Shown here piece after piece: positions 25,430 to 38,764 of a stretch of DNA of 64,000 bases (position 1 is its first letter; each line of letters starts with the position of its first letter). The notes below the pieces were generated by a model, which saw only the letters and a program-made list of their open reading frames with translations, was not told the DNA's origin and ran no database searches. A program made the position numbers and the translations under genes. The stretch lies in the NCBI GenBank assembly GCA_964252035.1, contig OZ176203.1. The stretch is one strand, 5' to 3'. Source of the DNA: Podarcis erhardii. Lineage: Eukaryota.

Positions 25430-25725
25430 TTTTGTCATTTAGTCGTGTCCGACTCCTTGTGACCCCATGGACCAGAGCACGCCGGGCACTCCCACAGTTT
25501 GGTCAAACTCATGTTGGTAGCTTCAAGAACACTGCCCAACCATCTTGTCCTCTGCCGTCCCCTTCTCCTTGTGCCCTCAATCTTTGCCCACACCTGGGTC
25601 TTTTCCAAGGAGTCTTCTCTTCTCATGAGGTGGCCATACGCTCCAAGTATTGGAGCGATCAGCCTTCTTTATGGTCCAGCTCTCACTGCCATACATCACT
25701 CCTGGGAAAACCATAGCTTTAACTT
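25430..25725 (-). mobile_element. RTE-BovB 3' fragment with internal deletions
   Basis: Matches the 3561-4707 copy in blocks (VKAMVFPGVMYGSESWTIKKAD, MRREDSLEKT, GTRRRGRQRTRWL) with segments missing. Confidence 0.8.
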
Positions 25726-26909
25726 TGTCAGTAAGGCCCAAATATACATTAACTGAGGACCATGTGCAGATAATTGGATGTCTGACAGGCAAACAAGTTT
25801 GAATGTTCTGCTAAGCCAAACTATAGTTTAGAGCAGAGGTGTGGAATTGGATTCAGCCATTGGTTTATTACTTTTCCTCCCTTAATGAGCTCTCTAGGAC
25901 CCACCCTGTTTTGACATAAATCCCCCATTGAAAGCCCTTGCCCTGCATGGAGTTGTTGGAGCCACTCAGGGAGTGATACCACCTAACTAAAAACTTTGTG
26001 CTTATTTTTCTCATCCACCTTGCCACCATGTTGTAATATATTCTATGTGATTTAAAATTACTTCATTTATGGAGCATTCATCACTTTCCCTTCTTCAGTT
26101 CTGTTTGATTGCATAATCAGTCATCACTGTGCCAACGAGCCTAAGTCTGATGTTTGTGCTGACAAGTGGTAGAACTCATCTTCACAGCCGTGAGATTTTG
26201 AAGTAGCCAAATAGTTGACTTAAAGATTAAAATGCTATCTGGTGAGAGGGTGGCATTTTCTAAAGAAATCATGACTATAAAAATAAATGTAAATAGCTAT
26301 ATGTTTAATTTAAACCATAAATCTGAAAAAGTGTATAAATAATCCTAGCTGAAACGAGCTATTCTGCTTTCTAGTACCAATTATTTGCTAGGATTCAAAA
26401 TCATAATCAGCCTACAACCCCATCTGCTCAGTAAAAATGAGTAATGTAATTTTAGCATACAACAAATTGAAAAATAAAGTTTCCCAAATAATTGATCTAG
26501 TTAAAGGTTATGTACCAATGCTTCTGTTAATATGGAGAGATCACTCTTAATGGAAGGTACTGGCAACAGCGTTATTATCCTTTCTGTTTCTATTTCTTGT
26601 AGAAATAATGCTGAGGGCTTGACATGCTGGAGTTTACTGTGTTTTTGCAGCTGTTTATACACCCATCTAATTTGTGTAGTCCACATGTCAGTACCTTTGG
26701 GCAACTCCAATCTCAATTCTTTCCCACTGTAAATTCAGGTTTATCCAACACGGGGATAATCCAATAAATTGGGGAGAATCACAAGCAAACCCCATTAACA
26801 ATTTCTATGTCAGTTATATTGGGCAGCAGTCTGAGAAGCATGTGCTAATAATTTATAGTTGTTTTCATATCGTTTCCAGCATTCCAGTAAGGGTGCATCA
26901 GGAGCTTGG

Positions 26910-26911
<2 letters not shown>

Positions 26912-26952
<41 letters not shown>
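26912..26952. repeat. (AG)20 microsatellite
   Basis: Seen directly. Confidence 0.97.
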
Positions 26953-26954
<2 letters not shown>

Positions 26955-27219
26955 AGATTTGCACAAAACCAGAAAACTGTACAAGCAAATTTACAGTTGC
27001 CTGACTGTGCTTTTGCTCACTTCTTCTTGGGCAGAGGATCTTTAAAAAAACACCACTAGGTGCACATGCGGCTATTTGTGTATATGACGTGTTGGCCCTT
27101 AACTGGCATAATAGAATCAACAAGTAGGAAGCCGGGGGGGGAGGGAGAATGGCTACTTATATGAATGGGAAAAACTGGACTTGCTCCCCAGATACAAATT
27201 CAAATACATTCAGATGTGG

Positions 27220-27564
27220 GGTAAAGGTAAAGGTAAAGGTAAAGGGACCCCTGACCATTAGGTCCAGTCGTGGCCAACTCTGGGGTTGCGGCACTCATCT
27301 CGCTTTATTGGCCGAGGGAGCCGGCGTACAGCTTTCGGATCATGTGGCCAGCATAACTAAGCTGCTTCTGGCAAACCAGAGCAGCGCACGGAAACCTTCC
27401 CGCCGGAGTGGTACCTATTGATCTACTTGCACTTTGACATGCTTTCGAACTGCTAGGTTGGCAGGAGCAGGGAGCTCACACCGTCGCGGGGATTCGAACT
27501 GCCGACCTTCTGATCGGCAAGTCCTAGGCTTTGTGGTTTAACCCACAGCGCCACCCGCGTCCCT
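27220..27564 (-). mobile_element. Sauria SINE (Squam1), full length
   Basis: tRNA-like head GGGACGCGGGTGGCGCTGTGGGTTAAACC...GTTCGAATCC, (ACCTTT)n tail, 8-bp TSD AGATGTGG (27212-27219 / 27565-27572). Confidence 0.92.
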
Positions 27565-28986
27565 AGATGTGGACTACTCATGGATAAAAGTGGAAAAGAT
27601 AGCTGCAGGGGGGACAGATACCTACCCTTATCTCATAAGAATGTCCCTGGAGATGACATTGTGTTCTTACACAATATTGTTCTTGGGAGCATTCGGTCCT
27701 AGGAACCTGCAGTGAGGACAGCAAGGCTAACAATTGAATCAGTGGCAAAGTTGCTTGTTATTCTGATATATTAATAAATTGAGGGGGGGGGGTTGACATC
27801 AGCTGCCACATATTTAAAAATTAGAGTACCCTCCTGCTTAAAAAATAAATAAATCTTAAAATGTGCTAGGCCTACGAAGGTTTCCAGATATTCCCCCTCT
27901 TTCACAAGGGACAAATAATCCTGCAAATGTGTGTGTATGTGTGGGATATTTTATGCACCTTTAATGAATGGGACTTGAATAAAACCCTTTGCAAGTTAAA
28001 AGTGCTATATAGATAAATTGTAGAAGAAGAATGTATTTGCTGACTGGTGTTTCAGACAGTCTATTCCACCAAGCTTAGCTTTCCTCTAGCCATGATATTT
28101 ATGTAATCCTGACTGCACATGCTTCTCTGAATTTGATAGATTCTTTTTTGGGCATGACAGATTCTTCAGAGGCCACCCAAATGTGTGAATTCATCTTTCT
28201 TTTGTTGTTTCATGATGATCATTGCAAGCTGTGATCGCTCTCCCTTCCCAAGGCAGCATGTGAACATTTGCAATTACTATTAATCAAAGACCTACAAATT
28301 ACACGAGCTGCTATACTATAATGTAAAAGACCACAGCTGTTCACATCACAAAAATATGCAATAAAGAAAGTAACATTGGGATTGTGTCGTAGAAAAGTGG
28401 ACCCCCATGTGATCACCTTCAGCAGCGCCTCAGGCTCCTAGCAGGCTGGCTACCCCCTGGAATCTCATGGAGGCACTAATTATATGGACCCACCACTCCC
28501 TCTTGATACCTGTAGACGTACCCACCAGGGTTCCACAAAATGTCAACAGATGTGTGTATATCCCCCATGTTCAGGGGTCCGTTCATAAATCAGGACCTCC
28601 ATCTGCTCCTAGCTCAACTATGAGCATGCCAGCTCCTCTGCACACTTCAAGAAGCAGTATTGTATGACAATTACAGATTCACAAATCAGCCCATATTTTT
28701 GGTAGTTAATTACCAGGATTACCACACATTTTACAGGCATTTCGGTGCTGTTGGTCCTCTCAGTGTATAAGTAATTATTTATCATCAAAGTTTGTGCCTA
28801 TTTTTAATTTTAACCCAATAGCATTTCTACAAATATTATCCAGTTCATAATTATTCTTACATCAGTATTAGACTAGCACTTAAATGCCCTGTGAAAATAC
28901 AAACAAGCAAACAAAGGAAGATTGAAAACATCCCGATAAAGACAGTGTTAGCAGTGTCATTTTTGTCACTGAATAGTGCTATATAC

Positions 28987-29090
28987 TTTGACCAAACTGT
29001 GGGAGGCAGCGGAAGACAGGAGTGCCTGGCGTGCTCTGGTCTATGGGGTCACGAAGAGTCAGACACGACTAAACAACAACAACAACAACA
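28987..29090 (+). mobile_element. RTE-BovB extreme 3' fragment, 104 bp
   Basis: LTKLWEAAEDRSAWRALVYGVTKSQTRLN plus (AAC)n; perfect 12-bp TSD AGTGCTATATAC (28975-28986 / 29091-29102). Confidence 0.9.
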
Positions 29091-30331
29091 AGTGCTATAT
29101 ACGCATATATATGCTTCTGTTCCCCCATGATAACAGTGGGAAGGAACTGCATTCTGGAATACTGTCACTAATTTTGTCCTGCAATTTTCTGGGTTAATGA
29201 GTTTGCAAATGGTTTTTTTACTGGAATCAGTTAACATACAGATGAGTGCTAAACTTCCACAAGATTCCGCTAGAGTTCCACAAGTAGTTTTTATGTTGTG
29301 GGAAAGATCAGATCAAACACAGAAATTATCAGGTAAGGAAACATAGGGAACATAGAATAAACTGCTTTCTGAATTCATTCAACCTCAAGGGAGGTCAATA
29401 GGCAGCCTGGGGAGGCAGCCAATTTCAGAGCCTGACCTGCCAACTTTCTGACATTGAGCCCTGGGTGACTAATGAGGGCAGCAGAGTGCAAGCTTAACAG
29501 TGCCTAATATCAGACCAAAGGGAAAGGCCAAAGGCTAGTTAGTTGTAAAGGTCTGACCGAAAGTGAGGTCCAGAGCAATGAACAGAGAGGTCAGAGGTAT
29601 GTATGCAGTCAGGGTCACGCAGGTGGCCATATTGCAAAGGGCAAGGCAAAGAAGCAGAATTTCATTCTGAAACAGCTTCAGGATTGTCTTTTGCTCAATT
29701 GGAACCAAAAGTCACATAAAATAAGGGCTCATCCATACTTCCACTAGCCCTGCTGCTTTTCCCTAGGGAAATCCAGAGCAAACATCAATCAGGTTTTCTC
29801 CAGATTGATATTTGTTCCGACTCAGCACTAAAGAGCAGGTTTTATGGGGTAAAGCGGCAGGGCATAGGCAAAACTGCTTGGACCCATGTTTTTTAGACAT
29901 GGGACAAGCAGAAGTGTGAACAAGCCTAAGTGTAAAGCTTATTTAACATGGACGGATGTGTGGCATGTGGCAGAGATATTTGTGATTGGGGAACCTTGGT
30001 AAAACCATTCCTCTAACTAAAATCTAGATCTGTCCATCACAAAAGATACCTACATCACCCACCTCTTTTCAGCCATATGTTTTCCTGGTGTGGAAGTACC
30101 TCCAAGTACTTTGTATAACCCTCTTTTGGTTTGGGGTACTTCAGAGATATACTTTACTTCTGCTAAAAAAAGCCCCAAGGACAGTATTCAACTAAATAAT
30201 TGCTTGAGTGGAACGACTTTCTCTTGGGCAACAGGATTTCACCCCCTTTCTTCCCCCAGCATGTACCCCATCTCACGCCCAAATGTGGTCCAAAGCATTG
30301 TGGGCTATATGCCATAACATATTTAGGAATA

Positions 30332-30573
30332 CAGTGGTACCTCAGGTTACATATGCTTTAGGTTACGTATTCTTCAGGTTACAGACTCCACTAACCCAGA
30401 AATAGTACCTCGGGTTAAGAACTTTGCTTCAGGATGAGAACAGAAATCATGCTCCGGCGGCACGGCGGCAGCGGGAGGCCCCATTAGCTAAAGTGGTACC
30501 TCAGGTTAAGAACAGTTTCAGGTTAAGAACGGACCTCCGGAACGAATTAAGTTCTTAACCCGAGGTACCACTA
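30332..30573 (-). mobile_element. Tigger-like MITE family A, copy 2, 242 bp
   Basis: Reverse complement of copy 1; TIRs CAGTGGTACCTC / GAGGTACCACTA; TA TSD. Confidence 0.9.
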
Positions 30574-30627
30574 TATAGTGTACAGGGGGAAGATACAGTA
30601 CCCACTGCACAAGTAGAAGCTATTCTG

Positions 30628-30740
30628 CTCCTGCAATTGTTGGCATCCATCTGCCTCAGGAGACAATGGAGGAGTGTGCCTTTGGGGGTGAAGTCAAATG
30701 GATGGTAGGTTGCAGTACCTGCTGTGGCTGTAGAGACAGT
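30628..30740 (-). mobile_element. Probable LINE 3'-end fragment (RTE/Vingi-like)
   Basis: TTGTTGGCATCCATCTGCCTCAGGAGACAATGGAG...GGGGGTGAAGTCAAA resembles a recalled lizard LINE terminus; family uncertain. Confidence 0.35.
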
Positions 30741-32019
30741 TAAGGGACCACCCTAAACCTGTCTGGAACGACCCTGCTTTCATTCTTGATTTGAAGTTCT
30801 TGCAAATATTTTGCACTACCCTACATATTCTAATTCCAGAATCAGAGCATGCCTCTGAATACTAGTTTCTGGGGAACAACATTGTGGAAGAGGTATTGCC
30901 CTTATATCCTGCTTTTGAGCATCTAGATTATGTACAAGTTTTAGTTGAATATATCCCCTCTGTAAATACTTGCTAATAGATGGGGGCAGTATTTTCTTTC
31001 CTTAAAAAACGTTCCATTGCTTGTTAGGCATAAAGTATCACTGGGGATTTACTTTTTGCTATTGCAGTATAAATTGCTTGTAATAGTAGTTGTTAAATAG
31101 GTGAATACAAAATCGTTTCGAAAGTTAATTGATGTAGTTGGCAGTGACTAAAAGGACATTTTTCAGCTTCTGGTATGGAATACAAAGCAAGCATCTACAG
31201 AATATTAATAAACTATTGGACTTCACTCAGTGAATCTGAATGACAGTTAAGTGTGTTGAGCAATTGCAAAGCTGTTTGCTGTTTTACTTTGAAGATTAGG
31301 TTTGCTGATTATGGTACAATGAAGAAAAATTAATTATTTTGCTCCACTGGAGCAGTTAATGTACTACAAAATGAACTAGTATCCCTTCTCCTTTTGTGAA
31401 ATGGCCTTTCTTCTCATTTCAGACACATTTAGTGACTTGATTGCTTGCAAAATTTAGGGAAAGGTTAATTAAACAAATGAAAGTATTCTGGGACTGACAC
31501 AAAACCAAAATAATGATAAATGTACAATGGCAGTCATTTTTTATAACTACTTAGCGCAACACTTTACTTTTTCACACTAAATCTCAAGAGTGTGTTTAGG
31601 CTTGTGAGACATAAATAAGAAAACCAGTTATAATTTGTGTGTAGCATTAAGAGTGTTAATGAATGTGGGGCTGTTACTATCTCTTGGGGGAAACATAGCA
31701 TTGAAGTCCCTTGGAGCAGATTGTTAAAGCCTTACTCAACAAGATAAAAAAAGTTTGTGTTGTTTTTTTTTAAAGTATCTATTGCTATTAGTGGTCAGAG
31801 AAGTAATTAGGGTTAGTAAGGTGCCTAAACTACCTTTGCATCAAAATGTCTAAAAATAAAATGGTTTTTTTATTCGTTTATTTAGACAATAAATAAAACA
31901 GGTTGTATCCATACTTGTCCTTCTTAATATGGAAGCGCTCTTCTTTTTGCAGCAGAGGATCCAAGTGAACAAAATAAAGTGTCTCTCTTTAGAACAAATG
32001 AAAATGGGATTTTATTATA

Positions 32020-32021
<2 letters not shown>

Positions 32022-32062
<41 letters not shown>

Positions 32063-32088
32063 TGTGCGTGCGTGCGTGCATGTGCGCA
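32022..32088. repeat. (GT)n microsatellite grading into GCGT/GC alternation
   Basis: Seen directly; alternating purine-pyrimidine tract of about 67 bp. Confidence 0.95.
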
Positions 32089-34040
32089 CTATCCTAGTAG
32101 TTGTGAAGAACAAAACCATGGCTTTTAGTTAATATAGCATGCATAACATTTAAGTAGAAATATATACAAAATAATTTGTAACTATACAGATTAATAATAC
32201 TAAAATGCAATAAATTTTAGTTTGTAGGCTAGCAGATCTGATGTGGCTAGCTTCTTTTTCAGCAGTTTAAATGCTTTTAAAATGGTAAGAAAATTGGCTT
32301 CAGCCACTTAATTGGCAAAACCTTTACCAGCTGATTCTTTCTTGACATGATAAGAGAAGCATTTAAATGAAGCATATTGCAACATTTGCCTCCTGTTCTT
32401 TTTCCAATACTGTTAGTTGTCTGTATGGCAACCAATCCTCGCTTTTGTCCCCATAGGGGCCTAAATTTCTGTACTGGAGAAAAGTGCATTCCTTGTCACC
32501 AGTTCTTTAACCTCCAAAGCTCCTCTAAGCATTTGGATGTGGATGTGCTATTGATCTTTCCTGCACTGGCTAATTAAAAGCAACCGTAATAAAAATAAAA
32601 TCCTCCCTATTCATCATATGGTGTGTACACAAACCAATGATATGCTGACATGTGCCACTATCATGTATGGTGCTCATGCACAGCTTTGTTTGCTTCATAG
32701 CTATTTGAGGAAACATCACTTATTCGTTTAATTATTTTACCCAAGAGAAAATCAATTCTGAAAACTTAACAAGTGGAAGGGCATTTTAAGGATTTACCAT
32801 CTTTTTTCAAACTGCCAGAGAAATTCTAGGTCCAAACTGAAATGTGAAAACAAACAACAATATAAAACCTTTTATTGTGTTTGTTTGATTAATTGAGATT
32901 ATATGGTAAAAGATGCAGAGTAAACATTGAGATAATTAAGAGGGCGTTAATTAAGGACCAATTTAGAGCTAAGAGAGCCCTCTAGAACAAGATGTTAATT
33001 CAAAGGTGGTCAAATTCTATATTTCTCCTCACCACTGCCCAATTATTATTATTTTGTAAGAATAGCCTGGGCAACTTCTAGGCAGAGACTTGAACCATAC
33101 ATAAGAACATTTGTCAGTTAATTTTGCATTAAATACCTCTAGAGAAGCCTGCAGTGCTTCTTTTGGGAGCAAAACAGGAGCCATGTTTGTGGCAGCCAGA
33201 TCATGAATTCAAGAAGGGCATGCCTCTTAGTCTGTTTATGCAGAAAAGGTGTGTGGATCTGCTGCCAACAACCCCCTCCCCTAGCAGGGGATATATATTG
33301 AATGCATACAAATGGAGGGGAAAGGCTAACACTATTATTTCCACCTTACTGTTTTGTGAATTTGTCAGTGAATTTCTAAAATGGAGAGTTTGGACTCTAT
33401 GCCTGTCTGGGTATGATTCCACATCCTTCCTCAAACATGGAAGCTACTCTCCCAAATTTCAGGCAGAATGGAGGTTGATTATGATTAGTCTTGTGGAAGC
33501 TCTTTCCCCAACCATAGAAGGAAAGGAGAAGACAGTTGCACTCTGCATATATATAATGACACATTTTCCTAGATAAGTCCTCAGAGGTCCTATTGTGATG
33601 AAAACAGCAAGGTTGAAAATGGCTGTCTTCCCAAGTTGACATGTTACCAGCCGCCACTGCATTTACTTCACAAGGAAGAGATGAGAGTAAGGAATTTCTT
33701 GTTACAGGAAACAACAGGGCTAATCCAAGTCATTCTTCTGACTGGGGCAGAGTGGCAAAAGGCATCCCCATGCCCAACGCACACAGTCAAGAAAATCCCA
33801 TAAGCACATATCCTTCCTCTGAGCAGTAAATGCTATATAATAATAAAATAAATTACCCTGCAGTTTGCTGTCCTTCCAAAATCAGCCACCTGGGGAGACC
33901 CATCCTGGGAAGAAACCAATAACCCTAGTCAGAATTAATAGCTTTCATTAACTATCCAATGGACAAGTGCTTAATATTCTCTTTGAATTAATGGTACTTA
34001 AAAGTGCCCAGAACCAGAATCCTGAATGATTCAGGGCCTG

Positions 34041-34041
34041 G

Positions 34042-34088
<47 letters not shown>
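34041..34088. repeat. (GTT)16 microsatellite
   Basis: Seen directly. Confidence 0.97.
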
Positions 34089-34089
<1 letters not shown>

Positions 34090-34955
34090 TTATCAGAAGC
34101 TGCTTTATTGAGGGGACCTTCTTATGAAGGGCATGTACAAAGCAAGAGAAATGGAAAGCTTCTGCATAAACACTAGGAAAGAGAAGAGGGACATTGCTGA
34201 AATGGTCTGTTTGATGTGACAAGCCCAGAAATAAAGATTGGAATGTGACATTTGTACACCTACCATTGACCTTAAAAAAGAATAGGTAAGTAAAGTGGAG
34301 AAAAGATGGCAGACATAAAACACATGAAAAGTACATGAAGTACATATAAAATAGTTGACAATCTAAAAGCCTTGGCAGGTGTAGTTTGCAAATATGCTGT
34401 CTGACTGTACTTGACAGTTTGATTAAAAGAGAAAGGAAAGCTGGCAAATAATCCTAGCAGATAAACTCTTTTATCTCGGTTGAATACCCTACCAGTATGT
34501 GGTCTGATGTTTGAAGCATGGCACTTAATGCAGAGAAAAGAAAATATAATTCAGGCTCTTTCTTTGATTTATTGTATGTGACCTTGGGAAAGGCTATTAG
34601 ACTGTTAAATGCATGTTGAATAATAAAAGCCATGTTTAGGCACTTAAATCATCAGGCTCATATCTTAAATTTGTTTGTGTGCATGTATTTGGATGGAGCA
34701 GCAGCATCCAAATAGCATGCAAAATAGCATGCATATTGGGTTGGATCAAGAGACTGGCCCAAATCTTGTGCAAGAGGGCTAGTACCAGATGACTTTCTCA
34801 CATCCTTCTTCCCTGGTAACCCTTCCAGCTCCCTAAAAACATCTCCTTGGGTCTGTGCTGGGAGTGCAAGCCACAAACTGGCTGGAAGAACACAAAATGG
34901 CCGCCATGGGGAGTGTGACAAATTAGAGACAACCACCTGTGAGAACAGAATGCTA

Positions 34956-34958
<3 letters not shown>

Positions 34959-34992
<34 letters not shown>
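34959..34992. repeat. (TC)17 microsatellite
   Basis: Seen directly. Confidence 0.97.
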
Positions 34993-34994
<2 letters not shown>

Positions 34995-35072
34995 GGTGTT
35001 GCTGTTAAATAACAAGGAGCATTCCTCAGTACCAGAAAAATATACAAGGTGGCCACATCACTCTTTTTACAG

Positions 35073-35160
35073 AATAAAAAAAAATTCCTTCCAGTAGCAC
35101 CTTAGAGACCAACTAAGTTTGTTACTGGTGTGAGCTTTCATGTGCAGGCACAATTACAGA
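35073..35160. mobile_element. Penelope terminal fragment, second copy
   Basis: AAAAAATTCCTTCCAGTAGCACCTTAGAGACCAACTAAGTT...GAGCTTTCATGTGCA is near-identical to 55727-55797. Confidence 0.6.
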
Positions 35161-38100
35161 CATCACTTAGAAGCTACCTGCACATTCCCCCCCCTCCATA
35201 ACTTCATTTTAAAAATTAAATCATAGAATCTGCTGAACCTTCCCAGTAGCTTCACTGTAAGCTTTCAGGGGCACCGGATTGGTGACCCTGGGCTAGCTTA
35301 TGCTACTGGGTGACTGAGAGGGAAGAGTGTTACAAATATCAGGGGAAAACAACTTATGCAGCTGAGTCCACCCCATTTAACAGTGCTGTCTGGTCACTGG
35401 AAGAGTTTTTGCTAAGTGGTGACAGGGTGGTAGCTGAGGGAGTTGCCCAGGTATGGGAGAGAGCGTCTGCCATCCCGCTACTGTGGATCAAACCCAGTGA
35501 CTTAAGAGATGCATGTAGTCCTCCAAGCTTGGATATACCCGGAAATGAATGTATTTGTTTATTCCCCAGCCCCCACAAAAAAGTGTATTTCTTGAGTCAG
35601 TCCAAGAGGCTTTGGAAATTAATATGCCCACCTGGTCATTCCACCAGCCTCCATAGCAACATCCTTACTCTTACCTTTATACACCTGCATGCACAGGGAT
35701 GGTAGTGGTATAGGAGCAGACGATGGGGAGCAAGAAATGCCTCCCCCTAACTTCCCTCCCCTCCCTCTATAGTCCTGTCATGGCCGTTGGGGGAAGGCTG
35801 TCTACTCCTAAAATTCACAACTCTGGGAAACTCCTGGCTTGTGCAGATTTGCACAGCATCCCCTAATTGATTTCACCAATTGAAAAAAAGAGAGAGAAGA
35901 GATTCTGGCATTTCAGTGTGCCTTTTCAGCTTCTGTGCCTGGAACAGATCACCAGGATCAGAGCATGCATCTTTGAATCTGTCAAATGGTCATTGTTTTG
36001 GGTTACTTTAAAAAGCACCAGAATATTTTTTTTTTAAAGTTTGCTTTCAATTCCTTATTATCTCAACTTTCACGTAAAGATGTGCTGGAAACCATTTAAA
36101 AAATTTGTGTTATATTTCTCTCGTTACCTTTTAACTTGTTCTTATTAACAGCTGATTTCACTTTAGACTAAAATCTTTACAGATTTGCTGTAGGAATTCC
36201 TCAGCTTTGTGAGCATTGCTATGCCACTTTCTCCTTAACAAATACCTTTGTGTTTTCTCCGTTAGCTCACTTAGCAGAAGGGCAGCAGATCCTTTCTGCC
36301 AATCTGTTCCAAAAGCTATTATGTTGTTATCCAGCCCATCTTCCTCTATAGTCCACGTAATTAACTGTACAAAATGCCATTTTTTTTTGCAATTTGAGTC
36401 ATGCTCTTGATTAACTACTTTAATTAATTGGCATTGAAAAGATGCTGTCATGCTGTATGTCATTGATTATACCCTATTTTGTAGCTATCTCATCTAATTT
36501 ACCTATTCAGGATCTGTAGCAATGTATCACAATTCTTCTTGGCTTTCATCTTGTAAAATATTTTAGTTGACAAACAGCTTCTTTGAATGTTCTTAGTAAA
36601 TAATGATCGTGCATAACATCGCTGAGGCCTTTCCTTCCTATCATTATCATAGGCATGTTACAGGGTAGTATTTCAGGTGAGTGTCAGTGTTGGTTAAAGA
36701 TGGAGCAGCCATCTCAAAATTCAAGCTTACTGCAGTGTTCCTTATGCCTGTGATTTATTCTGCCACATGGGGTATTTTTGTGCATCTCAAATAACAGAGG
36801 GGCTAACATTGACAACTACCTCTTTCTTGACCTCTATTACATATTAATCAGTTGGTAAAAATACGGTCATTTGCAAGTTATCCATTTTTTACACTTTAGT
36901 TAAAAGTACCGTTATTCTCACTGATGCCCACTTCATTTTGTTCCCAGAATTTTAACTCTCCCTTGACTTTCATGTATTGTTAATGTAGATACATTTGATG
37001 GCACTAGAATTTACTACAATTAGCAGAATCACTGCATTATTCAAAATTCCATTTTAAATTCAGGCCAGCTTTTGGGATTTAGGCATGAATGAACTGGTGG
37101 AATCAGATTCACTCAAGATTTCAGTTTAAGGGCTGGCCAGACTTATCACTCTGACATCTCCCATCTCTCGCTGAGGTATAAACAGGCAATGATCTATGGG
37201 GACTCGTCACAATGTGCTGACTGCAGAAGTTCCTCACATATACTGTAAGTCCAGATTGCATTTTATAGTTTTGGGTAAAGGTACTTCAGATGAGATTTCC
37301 AAGGCATGTTCAGTTTTTAATACATACTTAGCTGTGAAATGGCAATGTATAGTTGCAGAGAGGTTGCAATGTACGCACCTTTTCTGTGCATGTTGACTAA
37401 GAATTAAGTCTCACTGGTGCGGTTCAGGGGTAATGTGTAATAATGGTTTGGTGTTCTATACCTTAGTGTTGCATTCTTGTGTGCTGCAGTCTTTCCCTCC
37501 TTTCCTGATTTGAGGAAAACTGTTAGTTTCCTCTGAACCAGCAAGCAACTCTTTGTACTTCTCCTGCAATCCGTGTTTAGAAATTACAACACATTGTTTG
37601 CTTCAAAACCAGGAAAGGAGAAAGGGCACCGTAGTGGACATGGCTAGAAGGACATGTGCAGGTCTTGGGCTCCTTGACTGCTCATTCACATAATGACAAA
37701 CTACAATTTGGTAGTGCATCTGAACTACTACTTAGTTCAGTTGAAAGTACTTCGAAGCATTATGCACAGGATTACAGCTGTAAGCCACACTTGAAAAGGT
37801 GGTACTGAACTTACTTCCAAGTCGACATGCATAGGATTATGCTGTCAGTGTATAACTTCAGGAACTTTTAATTATTTTTACATGCTTCAGCTGGTGTCCA
37901 TACTGAATGCCATAAGGTTTACTATTATTTAGCAAAGTTATTAATAAAGTAATGATGCAGGTCTAATGGATGCATAAAATTCATCACTGATCATAAATAC
38001 ATCATGAATGTGGCAATAAATGTGTGAGGCCTGGTTTTATTTTGTTTTGTTTTCATTATAGTGAAACAATGTTTTGCTTTTCTTCTGATAAGGGAGCTTT

Positions 38101-38764
38101 ATGTGAAAGCAGATTGTCTTGTTTTCATATTATTCTGATCCCTTTCACATCTATCCCATTGCCATACATTTAAACCACATTTTATTAGCTAATTTGGCAC
38201 AATTTGTTTGATTTCAGCACAGACGGTTTTCATTACAATCTGACAAGCAGTAAAACTCATTTTTCCCTAGTCTAGTACTGGCACACTCACAAGTTTTCTT
38301 TATAAAGAATCCCTGTTTATGTGTTCTTAAGTTCTGTTTGTGAAGAGAGCACATGCACTGATCATGCCCCTCTTTCCCTGTCATGCCCATGTTGAATGGG
38401 AAGGTCTGGAGGTGGATTATACGTACATTCATTTGTACAGAGTTACAGTTCTCCTCACATCTGCAAATCCTGACCACAAAGTAGACTGTAGCTGTAACTA
38501 CATTCAGCCAAAGTTGCTTACAACCCCCCTTCCGACCCTCCTGCTCAATGGTGGAAGTTGGGGTGGAGGGGAAGGGGCCATACTCCCTCCACGGATAGAA
38601 ATTAGAATGCCCCAGTAGAGCTATATTGTATTATGTAAGACATTCATTAGGATTGATATAAAAATATTATATCTTTAATGTTCTATAAATGAGAGGGTCT
38701 GCTTCTAAGATGATCTCACCAAATAACAAAGCCAAAGCATTGTGTATCCACAAGTCTGTTCTTG

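Noticed and set aside
33154-33829. Cluster of 60-140 aa ORFs on both strands
   Set aside because: No recognisable domain, start context or splice structure; probably chance or a decayed repeat. I could not support a call.
17387-34447. ORFs with poly-T, N, LS, ER, VC or KKER tracts (17387, 22791, 23006, 26842, 31929, 34031)
   Set aside because: They are translations of microsatellites.
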